A DNA stretch of 64,000 nt, taken from assembly GCA_023129115.1 (NCBI GenBank), contig JAGMCR010000011.1, positions 32,001 to 96,000 on the forward strand, read 5' to 3'. Positions 20,739 to 29,924 of the stretch are shown piece by piece. Source of the DNA: Candidatus Iainarchaeum sp. GTDB taxonomy: Archaea > B1Sed10-29 > WALL01. The position numbers and the translations under genes were made by a program. Each line of letters opens with the position of its first letter. The first letter of the stretch is position 1. Below the pieces are notes generated by a model. The model had not been told where the DNA came from and did no database searches. It was given only the letters and a program-made list of their open reading frames with translations.

Positions 20739-21245
20739 TCACTTCTCCGTTAAGAGCCGGCCCAATTTAAGCTTTTCCCGCAGGACGTCCCGCAAATACC
20801 ACGCCGCGTAAAACCCGACAATCGCCACCACCAGTGTCGCGCGGAACAAAACAGAATGCACAATCTCCACTGCCCCCGCGCCCCACGCCTGCCACGCAAG
20901 CATCGTCGCCGCAATCCTCAAGGCGTTAATCATCATCACAAAAGCAAACGCCCCCGCAATCCCGAACACCCGCTCCCTCTTCGCGCGGTCCTCTGTCGAA
21001 AAAATCGCTCCCGCCAGCACAGCAACCTCAATGTCGCCCACGCACAGCGGAATCACGCGCACCGAAAGCGAGTTGAAGAACACGAGCGCGCCCTGCGAGT
21101 AAGCCACCCCGAACACCGAGAGCAGTGCCGCCGACATCCACGCGGTCAGCCCCTGCAGCGCCGGCATCACGCCAGAAAGCGCGAGATAGGCAAGGCTGCC
21201 GAATACCACAATCCCAACAGCAAATCTCAGGCCTTTCCCCGGCAT
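20739..21245 (-). CDS. Exosortase/archaeosortase-family transpeptidase, 168 aa
   Basis: Polytopic membrane protein with VIPLCVG (Cys), INALRI (Arg) and EIVHSVLFR (His), the order typical of the exosortase family. Confidence 0.8.
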   Translation of the reverse strand: MPGKGLRFAVGIVVFGSLAYLALSGVMPALQGLTAWMSAALLSVFGVAYSQGALVFFNSLSVRVIPLCVGDIEVAVLAGAIFSTEDRAKRERVFGIAGAFAFVMMINALRIAATMLAWQAWGAGAVEIVHSVLFRATLVVAIVGFYAAWYLRDVLREKLKLGRLLTEK

Positions 21246-21249
21246 TACT

Positions 21250-21260
21250 CTTATATACTC
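21250..21260 (+). promoter_or_regulatory. Extended TATA box CTTATATACTC for the pilus ATPase operon
   Basis: Lies in the 35-bp divergent gap and ends 21 nt before ATG 21281. Confidence 0.6.
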
Positions 21261-21280
21261 CCCCCACGTTTTTAAGGAAG

Positions 21281-23587
21281 ATGGCTGAGGAGAAGAGCCC
21301 TTACACTGTTAAGACTGAAGGCACAATCAAGTACCTGATTATTGACTGCCGCGGCTCGACCTACGGCCCAAGCATTGCGGACTACCCCCAGCGCATGTCC
21401 GAAGTAATCGGGTATTTGGGCAAGACAGACGCCGACCGCATCGTCCTCGCCGAAGTATACGAGCGCGTCTACGACGAGGACCAGACGCGCATGCTGAAGC
21501 AGCTCGCCGAGCTCCTGCAGAAGTTCCGCGTCAAGGGGGTGTGGTCCCCGCAGTACCTCGGCGGCGACGCGTGCTCCGCGTTCCTCCCCACGCGCCACGA
21601 CCTCGTCGTAAACATCGCGTCGGACCTCCTCCGCACCGACCCAATCCGCGCGTACATGAAGTGCATCCAGGCAATCCAGCGCGAGAAAGCACAGCTCCCC
21701 CAGCTGCCGCCCGAGCAGAAAGAATGCACGCAGACATTCCTCACCACGCTCGAGTACATCAAGGCAAACTTCGAGGCCACGGACCTAATCCAGCAGCTCA
21801 AGGGCTACGTCCGCAAGCTCAAGAAGCTGCCGCCAGGCCGCGGCTTCTACCACACCGTGTTCGAGGCCCAATTAAAGCCGTCGTTCATCGGCTCCCGGCT
21901 CATGTTCAAGCTCCCCGCGGAAATTGAGCTCCTCGACCAATACGAGGTCAAGGGCACGCGCGTGACAATCTACAAGCACCCCGAAAAAATCGAGTACCTA
22001 TACCACATCAACCCGCCCGAGTACTCCCTCACCCCCGAGCACTACTTCCTCTTGAGCAAGACAAAGGAAATAGTGAGCGAGTACCACCCCGAGGGCCTTG
22101 AGTTCACAGAGCTCGCGACGAGCAAGGACTACTTCATGCGCATCTACGAGACGACCATCGCAGACATCGCGCGGCAAAACGGAATCGAAGTCTCGCATAC
22201 AGACATCCAGCAGCTCGCGCGCATCGTCGCGCGCTACACCATAGGCTTCGGCATGATGGGACTGCTTTTGTCGGACGAGCGGCTCACCGACGTATACATC
22301 GACGCGCCGCTCGGGCAGAAGCCCGTGTACATTGTCCACAGCGACTACGGCCCGTGCCAGACCAACGTGTTCTTCTCGGAAGAAGAGGCCAACTCCGTGG
22401 TCTCGCGCTTCCGCTCCCTGTCGGGCAGGCCGTTCGACGAGGCGCACTCTGTCCTGGACTTCGACCTGCACGAGTACCACACGCGCACGTGCACAATCGG
22501 CCAGCCGCTCTCGCCGGACGGCGTCGCGTTCGCCTTGCGCTTGCACAAGGGAACGCCGTGGACCCTGCCGCAGTTCATCGACGTGAAGATGGTGACGAAC
22601 GAGGTCGCGGGACTGCTGTCATTCCTGATTGACGCGCAGGCGTCCTCGCTCATCGTCGGGAGCAGAGGCTCGGGAAAGACTTCATTATTAATGTCGCTCA
22701 TGCTCGAAATCCTCCCCTCGCTGAGGGTCATAACTATAGAGGACACGCTTGAGCTGCCGGTCGAGTACATGCGCAAGACCGGGTACAACATCTGCCGGCT
22801 CAAGACAAGGAGCGCAATCTCTGTCGGCGCGATTGCGTCCGAGGTGTCGCCCGAGGACGCGCTCCGCACCGCGCTCAGGCTTGGCGACTCTGTACTCATC
22901 ATGGGCGAGGTCCGCTCCAAGGAAGCGCTCGTGCTGTACGAGGCCATGCGCGTCGGCGCAGTGGGCAACGTTGTGATGGGCACAATCCACGCCGAGAACG
23001 CCTACTCTGTGTGGGACCGCGTTGTGAACGACCTCGGCGTGCCGAACACCTCGTTCAAGGCGACGGACATGTGCATTGTCTCCGCGCCAATCAGGTTCAA
23101 GGGAGCGCTGCAGAAGACGCGCCGCCTCGTCGAAATCACCGAGGTCGGCAAGACATGGTACGAGGACCCGGGCCGCGAGGGCGGCTTGATTGACCTGATG
23201 ACGTACGACGCGACGAACGACGTGCAGACCGTGCACAAGGACAACATTTTCGAGAACTCGCAGTTCTTCAAGAAAATCCAGCGGAGGCGCGGCATGGACA
23301 TCGACATGATTTGGGAGGACATCCAGCACCGCGCGTCCTCCAAGCAGTTCCTCGTGGACATGAAAAACGAGTACAAGATTCCCACGCTGCTCGAGGCGAG
23401 GTACACCGTCAGGATGAACGACAAGTACCTCCTGATGCAGGAGCTGTCGCGCCAGGAGCTTGGCAGTGTGGACTACCCCAAGGTGCTCGAGGACTGGAAG
23501 CAGTGGGTCAAGGACGGCTTCGTGAAAGAGCTGGTCTCGAGGAGGGATGCGCTTGCCAAGGTCAAGCCGGCGGCAAAAAAAGAGTGA
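21281..23587 (+). CDS. Type II/IV secretion ATPase (VirB11/FlaI/PilB-like) with long N-terminal domain
   Basis: Walker A GSRGSGKT, Asp box TIEDTLEL, Walker B LIMGEVR, His box GTIHAE. Start MAEEKSP; the ORF-track extension overlaps the sortase gene. Confidence 0.92.
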   Translation: MAEEKSPYTVKTEGTIKYLIIDCRGSTYGPSIADYPQRMSEVIGYLGKTDADRIVLAEVYERVYDEDQTRMLKQLAELLQKFRVKGVWSPQYLGGDACSAFLPTRHDLVVNIASDLLRTDPIRAYMKCIQAIQREKAQLPQLPPEQKECTQTFLTTLEYIKANFEATDLIQQLKGYVRKLKKLPPGRGFYHTVFEAQLKPSFIGSRLMFKLPAEIELLDQYEVKGTRVTIYKHPEKIEYLYHINPPEYSLTPEHYFLLSKTKEIVSEYHPEGLEFTELATSKDYFMRIYETTIADIARQNGIEVSHTDIQQLARIVARYTIGFGMMGLLLSDERLTDVYIDAPLGQKPVYIVHSDYGPCQTNVFFSEEEANSVVSRFRSLSGRPFDEAHSVLDFDLHEYHTRTCTIGQPLSPDGVAFALRLHKGTPWTLPQFIDVKMVTNEVAGLLSFLIDAQASSLIVGSRGSGKTSLLMSLMLEILPSLRVITIEDTLELPVEYMRKTGYNICRLKTRSAISVGAIASEVSPEDALRTALRLGDSVLIMGEVRSKEALVLYEAMRVGAVGNVVMGTIHAENAYSVWDRVVNDLGVPNTSFKATDMCIVSAPIRFKGALQKTRRLVEITEVGKTWYEDPGREGGLIDLMTYDATNDVQTVHKDNIFENSQFFKKIQRRRGMDIDMIWEDIQHRASSKQFLVDMKNEYKIPTLLEARYTVRMNDKYLLMQELSRQELGSVDYPKVLEDWKQWVKDGFVKELVSRRDALAKVKPAAKKE

Positions 23588-23606
23588 CTCCACTCCCAAA
23601 ACGGAC

Positions 23607-25748
23607 GTGGCAGAGCTCCTCTTCGGCGCGGGCAGGAAGAAGCCCAAGAAGAAAAAAGTGGAGAAGCAGCACTGGTACATCGGCTTCTGCAAGAGAGCGG
23701 CCAAGTCCTTCGGCAAGGGCGCGAAGAAGGAATTGACCGAGCAGTACAAGGTCGCGCTCGCCTTCCTCGGGTGGAAGCTGAAGCCCGAAGAAGTCAACGC
23801 CGCGCCGTTGGTGCCGATGTACTACGGCATGGCGCTCGCGTTCGTGTGGGCGCTGCTCAACCTGGTGTTCTCCGGCTTCATCAACGTTGGCCTTAAGCCG
23901 ATTGTTATCCTTGGCACGGAAACAGGCCGCGGCGCAATCGAGGGCGGCTTCCTCCTGATTGGCCACCCGCTTTCGATGGGCATCCCGCTGTTCTGGTACC
24001 TCGCGCCGTTCGCCATCGCGTTCTACGCGATGTACTATATACAGTCCACGCCGATGCGCGAGGCAGAGAAGCTGCGCATCCGCTCGCTCACATTCATCCC
24101 CGAAATCGTGAACTACTTTGTCATGGCGATGAAGGTCACGCCCAACCTCGAGCGCGCGATTGCGTTCGTCGCGGAGCACGGCCAGGGCCGCGTCGCCGAG
24201 GACTTCAAGTCGCTGCAGTACGACATCCACGTCGGCAAGTACCGGACCGTCGAGGAAGCTTTGGACAACCTCGCGTGGAAGTGGGGCGACTACTCCCCGG
24301 AGTTCAAGCACGCACTGATGCTCATCCGCTCCTCAGTAATGGAGGCGGACGAGGGCAAGCGGAACGACCTGCTGGACAAGGCAATCACGGACGTGCTCGA
24401 GGGCATCCAGGAAAAAATGGACTTTTATTCCCGCGCCATGCACCAGCCGAGCATCTACCTCTACTACTTCGGCGTGCTGCTCCCGCTCCTCCTAATCATC
24501 ATCATCCCTGTCGGCGCGATGATGGGCGGCGGCGGCATCGCGTGGCTCGCGGGCGCCATACCCCTCGCAATCATCTACAACGTGATGATTCCGGCCGCGT
24601 CGTTCCTCCTCGCGAAGAGCATTCTCGGGAAGCGGCCGCCGACGCGGGACGTCCCAAAAGTCCCCGTGGGCATGCCCGGCCTCCCCAAGCCGGGGTGGTT
24701 CAGCATCGGCGGGAGCCAGCTGCCCGTGACGTTTGTCGCCGCCGCGATTCTCGTTGGAATTGTCGCTGCGTCGTTCCTCGCGACGCCCATACTCGACCCC
24801 ATGCCGCGCGTGTTCGAGCCAATGTACGACTCGTACTGCCTCATCGGCTCGCCGACCGGCCTGTGCATCCCGTACCTCCAGTACGCCGGCATCCTTTTGG
24901 GCATCGTGGCCGCGTTCGGGTTCCACATGTGGTCGAACCACAAGGACCGCTGGGCCATGCAGCGCGAGATAATCCAGATGGAGAACGGGTTCCAGGAGAC
25001 ATTGTACATACTCGCGTCCCGCCTCGGCGAGGGAAGGCCGATGGAGGACGCGATGAAGCACGCGGCAGAGTTCATCCCCAACTCCCCCGCGACCAAGCGC
25101 ATTTTCCTGCCGACGCTGCACAACATGCGCATGCTCGGCATGACAATCAAGATGGCTTTGTTCGACGAGGCGTACGGCTCCTTGCGGTTCATCCCGAGCG
25201 GGTTCATCAAGGGCACGATGCGCATCGTGGTCGACTCGCTGGGCCTGGGCGTCCAGACCGCGGCCAAGTCACTGATTTCCCTTTCCCTCCAGCTCCGCGC
25301 CATGCAGAAAGTCGAAAAAGCGCTCAAGGCAATGCTTTCGGACATCACGAGCATGATGAGCACGATGAGCATGTTCATCGCCCCGGTCGTGCTTGGAATC
25401 ACCATCGCCTTGCAGCAAATCATCATGGGCGCGATGAAGTCCATGGGCGAGGCGGGCTTAGGGCAGCAAAGCACTGCGAACGTCCCCGGCATGAGCGCGT
25501 TCAAGATGCCCGAGCTGGGGGGCGGCGAGGCGCTCGAGGCCGCCGCGACGCAGGCAGAGCTATTGTTCATAATCAGCTTTTACATGGTCGAGATAGTCGT
25601 AATCCTCATGTACTTTGCCTCGCACGTTAACGAGGGCGACAACGAGCTCGCGTTCAAGATGGCGATTGCGCAGGCGCTGCCGATTGCGATGGCGATTTTC
25701 TTTGGCGTGACGTTCATGGCAATGAAGATGACGGCGATTGGGATCTGA
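23607..25748 (+). CDS. Pilus membrane platform protein (FlaJ/TadC/T2SSF-like, two repeats)
   Basis: Polytopic. Two T2SSF-like halves (AMKVTPNLERAI; LASRLGEGRPMEDA). Follows the ATPase. Start uncertain (GTG 23607 or ATG 23547). Confidence 0.85.
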   Translation: MAELLFGAGRKKPKKKKVEKQHWYIGFCKRAAKSFGKGAKKELTEQYKVALAFLGWKLKPEEVNAAPLVPMYYGMALAFVWALLNLVFSGFINVGLKPIVILGTETGRGAIEGGFLLIGHPLSMGIPLFWYLAPFAIAFYAMYYIQSTPMREAEKLRIRSLTFIPEIVNYFVMAMKVTPNLERAIAFVAEHGQGRVAEDFKSLQYDIHVGKYRTVEEALDNLAWKWGDYSPEFKHALMLIRSSVMEADEGKRNDLLDKAITDVLEGIQEKMDFYSRAMHQPSIYLYYFGVLLPLLLIIIIPVGAMMGGGGIAWLAGAIPLAIIYNVMIPAASFLLAKSILGKRPPTRDVPKVPVGMPGLPKPGWFSIGGSQLPVTFVAAAILVGIVAASFLATPILDPMPRVFEPMYDSYCLIGSPTGLCIPYLQYAGILLGIVAAFGFHMWSNHKDRWAMQREIIQMENGFQETLYILASRLGEGRPMEDAMKHAAEFIPNSPATKRIFLPTLHNMRMLGMTIKMALFDEAYGSLRFIPSGFIKGTMRIVVDSLGLGVQTAAKSLISLSLQLRAMQKVEKALKAMLSDITSMMSTMSMFIAPVVLGITIALQQIIMGAMKSMGEAGLGQQSTANVPGMSAFKMPELGGGEALEAAATQAELLFIISFYMVEIVVILMYFASHVNEGDNELAFKMAIAQALPIAMAIFFGVTFMAMKMTAIGI

Positions 25749-25755
25749 TTGGCTA

Positions 25756-26226
25756 ATGAAGCTACCGAAAATAGGCTCGCGCGGGCAGCAGTGGGAAGTG
25801 ATGAAGCTTTTGCAGGGCGGAGTCATCGCTGTGCTCATGCTCATCGTGGTCTATGGCGTGGTGAGCTCCGTCCGGGGCCAGACGCCGCGCTCTGACGTTT
25901 ATTCCGTGTCATGCGAAATCCTGGGCTCTGCCTACGCGGCGAGGGGCACGGGCGAGCGGTTCGTGCGCGAGGCCCTGCTGGTGGAGCAGGAAATCTTTTC
26001 CGAGGCCCTCGTCCAGTGCTCGGGCCTGCCGTCCGGGACATCGGTGAAGATGATGTGCAAGCACGCCTTTTGTTTGCACGACGGAGAGCCCCTGAACCGG
26101 GGGAGCGACTGCCGGCTGCACTCGCCGTGCTCGTCAATGGAGTTCGTGGCGGGCGATACCATCAACGTCTGTGCCGTCTGCGACGAGGGCGAGTGCCGCA
26201 TCTGGTTCGGCGAGAGCGAGTGCTAA
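25756..26226 (+). CDS. Cys-rich pilin-like protein (class III signal peptide)
   Basis: GSRG/QQWEVMKLLQGGVIAVLMLIVVYGVV. Confidence 0.75.
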   Translation: MKLPKIGSRGQQWEVMKLLQGGVIAVLMLIVVYGVVSSVRGQTPRSDVYSVSCEILGSAYAARGTGERFVREALLVEQEIFSEALVQCSGLPSGTSVKMMCKHAFCLHDGEPLNRGSDCRLHSPCSSMEFVAGDTINVCAVCDEGECRIWFGESEC

Positions 26227-26228
26227 CC

Positions 26229-26240
26229 TTTATATACCTC
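26229..26240 (+). promoter_or_regulatory. Internal TATA box TTTATATACCTC for a pilin gene
   Basis: Intergenic, upstream of a GAGGT RBS and ATG 26273. Confidence 0.6.
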
Positions 26241-26272
26241 GCCTCTGTTATCCAAAAACGAGGTAATGCTTT

Positions 26273-26725
26273 ATGCAACGTGGACAAGCATTTGATGCAT
26301 TCAAGCTTCTGATAGCCGCTGTCGTGGCAGGCGCCATTTTGGTCATCCTGCTCTCGATGATTAGCGGGTTCGTGCCTGTGGGCCAGGACCCACTGACGGT
26401 CATGGGGCAGGAGCTGAACAAGGTCAAGAAGGGCGGGGTTTGCTCGACTTCTTCCCAGGTAGTCCAGTTCAGCGATGGCCAGGAGTTCAGCGCGGACGCA
26501 GTGGCCCGTGAGGCAGGAATCAACTTGGGCCAGGTGCAGTTCTGCTGCAGCGGCGTTGAAGACGAGGGGGGCAAGTGTGATGGCTATATGTTCGACGACG
26601 AGGACGCGTTCGACTGTGATGAAGCGTCATTACTGGTAACCGCACAAATGTCCGGCAAAGTCCGTTCTTGTTGCCCAATCAGCAGTGATGCGCCCTGCGT
26701 CATTGGCTTCAAGGCAAGCAGGTAG
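26273..26725 (+). CDS. Pilin-like protein, candidate major pilin (own promoter)
   Basis: MQRG/QAFDAFKLLIAAVVAGAILVILL; Cys-rich; resembles the preceding gene. Confidence 0.8.
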   Translation: MQRGQAFDAFKLLIAAVVAGAILVILLSMISGFVPVGQDPLTVMGQELNKVKKGGVCSTSSQVVQFSDGQEFSADAVAREAGINLGQVQFCCSGVEDEGGKCDGYMFDDEDAFDCDEASLLVTAQMSGKVRSCCPISSDAPCVIGFKASR

Positions 26726-26732
26726 ATTAGCA

Positions 26733-26897
26733 ATGCTTTGGATGCTGAAGGCACTGTTCAGGGATAATCGGGGCGACGTGAACTGGACCCCGATTTATCT
26801 CCTTATTTTGGCAGCCATCGCAGCAATACTCTTGATTAGCGTAATCAAGCCCATGTTCCAGAGCGCGGTCTCCAGCGCGTCAGCTGGCTTGCCCTAA
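26733..26897 (+). CDS. Minimal (Flp-sized) pilin-like peptide, 54 aa
   Basis: DNRG/DVNWTPIYLLILAAIAAILLISVIKPMF. Confidence 0.7.
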   Translation: MLWMLKALFRDNRGDVNWTPIYLLILAAIAAILLISVIKPMFQSAVSSASAGLP

Positions 26898-27005
26898 CCA
26901 GGGAAGGGGGACACCCCCCAGCCCTGGACGTTGACCTACGGCCAACGTCAACCTGCACGGGATACCTGACCCCCGCAAGCTCGCTTGCGCTCGCAGTTTT
27001 TTTTT
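26898..27005 (+). terminator. Series of hairpins ending in a T9 tract after the pilin operon
   Basis: CCAGGG..GGGGG-ACA-CCCCC..CCCTGG, GACGTTG..CAACGTC and CGCAAG..CTTGCG, followed by TTTTTTTTT. Confidence 0.55.
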
Positions 27006-27064
27006 CCGTCAACGCTTTTCCACCGGGCGAGCGGAGCGAGTAACAGGAAAAGGGTTGTTATAAT
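27000..27064 (+). repeat. REP/MITE-like palindromic element, copy 1
   Basis: TTTTTTCCGTCAACGCTTTTCCACCG...GTAACAGGAAAAGGGTTGTT; a related copy sits inverted at 31675-31755. Confidence 0.7.
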
Positions 27065-27308
27065 CTGCGGTGGCCAGCGCGTCTGCTACGATGCCGCGAG
27101 TATTTTGCTTGTGTATGGGATGATAATGGAGCAAGGCAAACAATTTGGTAAATTATCGATTCGACAAGGTAGTCACGGATAGTACAATTTCAATCTGGAA
27201 AACGGTGGTTGATGTTCGAATCCAGTCTATGCCCCTACTTGATGCCTCGGCAAGTTATATCAGTCATCTTTAAATACCTGTTTTTGTGTGTGTATAAGGG
27301 GGGATAAA

Positions 27309-27803
27309 ATGAGTGTCACGGAAAAGTACAAAGAAGTAGTTCACTACATAATCCAAGAATGCCAAAAATCCCCCACCTTTGGCATGACTCTCTTATACAA
27401 ACTCCTCTATTTCACAGACTTCGATTATTACGAGCTCAATGGAACATCTATTACGGGTACTGACTACCGCAGAATCCCTTTGGGGCCAGCACCTTGCGAC
27501 ATAGACATAGTTCTTTCACAACTAAAGGCAGAGGGTGCAATAAAAGAAACCCGCCTAGAATTTAGCGGGGTAAAACAAAGACGGCTTATTCCACTAGAGC
27601 CCGCAAAACCTGAACACCTTTCCGCCATTGAAATAAAACATATTGACAACGAAATCCAAAAATACTCTGGTTGGACAGCTAGGAACATCAGCGCTTTTTC
27701 TCACGAAGACATGCCCTTCAAAGCAACAGAGGAAAATGAACTAATCGACTACAAACTAGTGTTTTATCGGGGCGATAAGTTTTCTGTAAGGCAAGAAGAA
27801 TGA
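27309..27803 (+). CDS. Panacea (DUF4065/SocA-like) antitoxin
   Basis: KLLYFTDF...Y..GTSITG..Y.RIPLGPAP and SHEDMP motifs; low GC; overlaps the toxin gene by ATGA. Confidence 0.8.
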   Translation: MSVTEKYKEVVHYIIQECQKSPTFGMTLLYKLLYFTDFDYYELNGTSITGTDYRRIPLGPAPCDIDIVLSQLKAEGAIKETRLEFSGVKQRRLIPLEPAKPEHLSAIEIKHIDNEIQKYSGWTARNISAFSHEDMPFKATEENELIDYKLVFYRGDKFSVRQEE

Positions 27804-28159
27804 CATTCAACATAGGAAGCGTTCCAGAGTTCGATAAAGACTTAAAACGCTTGTCGAAAAAATATCGAACGTTGGATAGCGACTTCGAGACTTTTCAGAA
27901 AGCGTTGGCCGTTGACGGCCCAGCTCTTGTTGGAGTTGTTAGGATTAGTGGTTTGGGGGAGAATGTTCATACGCCCATCTACAAGGCAAGAAAATTCTAT
28001 TGTCAGGAGCTCAGGAAGACTAGAAGCGGGTTCAGGGTAATATACGCCCATGTGTGTGCTGAGAACAAGATAACCCTTCTTGAGATGTACCACAAGAACA
28101 AACAAGAAAATGAGGATAAGAAACGAGTCTTCAAGTATTTTGGTGAACCTAGTCCTTGA
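27800..28159 (+). CDS. RelE/HigB-like mRNase toxin
   Basis: PEFDKDLKRLSKKY...KARKF...SGFRVIY...LLEMYHK; coupled to the antitoxin. Confidence 0.75.
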   Translation: MTFNIGSVPEFDKDLKRLSKKYRTLDSDFETFQKALAVDGPALVGVVRISGLGENVHTPIYKARKFYCQELRKTRSGFRVIYAHVCAENKITLLEMYHKNKQENEDKKRVFKYFGEPSP

Positions 28160-28244
28160 TTAATTTGTCGCAGGGCCTGGGCTGTTGGGTAAAGCTTGTC
28201 TGCTTAAGTAAAGCATTTAAACACCCCCTTCTTTGTTTTTGGTT

Positions 28245-28805
28245 ATGGCCAGTCGCGGACAGGAAGAGGCGCCCTTCTCGCTTTTGCTTGCTGTGGCGAT
28301 GATGGCGCTCGTCATCCCCATAGCCGCCTACATGTTCCAGGGGTTCCAGGCGTGGGAGTGCCAGCAGCGCATCGAGAACAACATGGAGACCTTCGCGCGC
28401 GAGCTCGAGCTCGCCGCGACGCTCGGCGGCGGCAAGCGCGTCGTGGACATAGACCTTTCCCTCTACGCGTGCCCGGGCGTGCACGTCGACAACTTCACAC
28501 TGAAGAATCCTGGCCAGGACAGGTGCCAGGAAGTGTGCCACGACCCCAATTGCAGGATATTAGAGGCGGTGTACGAGGAGTTCGACGACGAGACAGGGGA
28601 ATCGCTGGGCTTGTCCGTGGCCTCGCAGCCGGTGTGCGTGCGGATTCCGGTGAACGTTGACTTTTCGACCCTGGACTGCGACCCAAGCGAGGGCTATGAG
28701 CCGCTTGCGGGCGAGGGCCTCGCGCCGGGCTATTACCGCATCGCACTCATCAAGGAGGGCTACCGCGTCCGCGTGTGCAGGGTCCCGGTTGAGAGGTTTG
28801 GCTGA
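28245..28805 (+). CDS. Pilin-like protein (class III signal peptide), Cys-rich
   Basis: MASRG/QEEAPFSLLLAVAMMALVIPIA. Confidence 0.75.
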   Translation: MASRGQEEAPFSLLLAVAMMALVIPIAAYMFQGFQAWECQQRIENNMETFARELELAATLGGGKRVVDIDLSLYACPGVHVDNFTLKNPGQDRCQEVCHDPNCRILEAVYEEFDDETGESLGLSVASQPVCVRIPVNVDFSTLDCDPSEGYEPLAGEGLAPGYYRIALIKEGYRVRVCRVPVERFG

Positions 28806-29431
28806 TGAAGAAAGGCCTCGGGATGTGGATAATGAGCAAGCTCGTGCTCATGATTTTCCTATTCGCCTTGGTCCTTGTCCTCACCTTGTTCATGCGGGTA
28901 TACAGCGACAAGATAATTTCTGACACTGCGCAGAGCTACACTCTCCTGTGGAGCGAGGTCGCGAACGGCGCATTGCTTTACCGGTCGAGCAGCGACAGCG
29001 TGTTCCTCCCCGACATAATGCGGGTGCGCGAGGCGAACCGCGAGTACACTGTGATGGTGCAGAAGGTCGGGAGCGAGCGCGCCGTGTTCTTCCTGGCGTG
29101 GTACAAGCACGAGACCGCGGAAGACATGCGTGGGGAGGGGTTCGCGGCGGCGACGGCAATCAACATGCCGTCGGCGGTGGCTGGCGACGGCAAAATCCTG
29201 TTGTTCGAGGGCCTGGAGGGCGAGGTCGGGTTCGAGGAGCCGCTGGACCCCAGCGTGCTGATGGTTCGGCCGTCCGAAAGGGTGGGCAGGGACACGACGC
29301 TTTTGTTCACGCGGAAGGACGAGTACTTCTGCGTCGGCACGATAAAGGAGGGAGTGTCTGTCGAGCACTCGGTAAGCCTGTTCGGCGACTGCTGCCAGAA
29401 GGACTGGGATGATGTTGATGGCTGCTACTAG
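28805..29431 (+). CDS. Pilin-like protein (class III signal peptide)
   Basis: MKKG/LGMWIMSKLVLMIFLFALVLVL; translationally coupled to the previous gene. Confidence 0.7.
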   Translation: MKKGLGMWIMSKLVLMIFLFALVLVLTLFMRVYSDKIISDTAQSYTLLWSEVANGALLYRSSSDSVFLPDIMRVREANREYTVMVQKVGSERAVFFLAWYKHETAEDMRGEGFAAATAINMPSAVAGDGKILLFEGLEGEVGFEEPLDPSVLMVRPSERVGRDTTLLFTRKDEYFCVGTIKEGVSVEHSVSLFGDCCQKDWDDVDGCY

Positions 29432-29924
29432 GGGCTACATCGGCCCGCTGGGCGACGACTTCCCCGCGATTTTCCCGATAGCCATGGGCCTTCTCCTTTT
29501 CTTTTCCGCCATCACGCTGACGTACGACTATTACAACACCAAGCACGACGCCGCGCTTTTGCTTGAGGCCAACACCGCACTGGCAAAAGCCGCGCGCGCC
29601 CAGCTCGTGTTCACGCAGGACTACTGGGACGAGGAGGGCGGCGTGTGCGACTTGATTGACAAGACCAAGGCGAACTACGGCGTGCGCGCCAAGGCCGAGC
29701 TACTGCAGTTCGAGCGGCTGGGCCCAACGAAATACGACTTCAACAAAATAAGGAAAATCGATGGCAAAACCCTGGGCGACAACCCGTGCGTTGACTACGA
29801 GGACGACGACCGCAACCCATTGCCGTACGAGGGCGACTTCTTCATTTCCCTGACGTACCCAATCCTGCTGAAGTCTGGGAACGGCCAGGAGATAGCGACG
29901 CTGGTGGTGACGACGTGGATGTAA
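29418..29924 (+). CDS. Pilin-like protein (class III signal peptide)
   Basis: MAATRG/YIGPLGDDFPAIFPIAMGLLLFFSAI; C-terminal LVVTTW strand. Confidence 0.7.
   Translation: MAATRGYIGPLGDDFPAIFPIAMGLLLFFSAITLTYDYYNTKHDAALLLEANTALAKAARAQLVFTQDYWDEEGGVCDLIDKTKANYGVRAKAELLQFERLGPTKYDFNKIRKIDGKTLGDNPCVDYEDDDRNPLPYEGDFFISLTYPILLKSGNGQEIATLVVTTWM

Noticed and set aside
21125-21280. N-terminal extension of the ATPase in the ORF track
   Set aside because: Overlaps the sortase gene on the opposite strand; the TATA box position supports ATG 21281.
27205-27240. GTTCGAATCC resembling a tRNA T-loop or att-site remnant next to the TA insertion
   Set aside because: The flanks do not form a T-stem or acceptor stem, and I could not build a cloverleaf.
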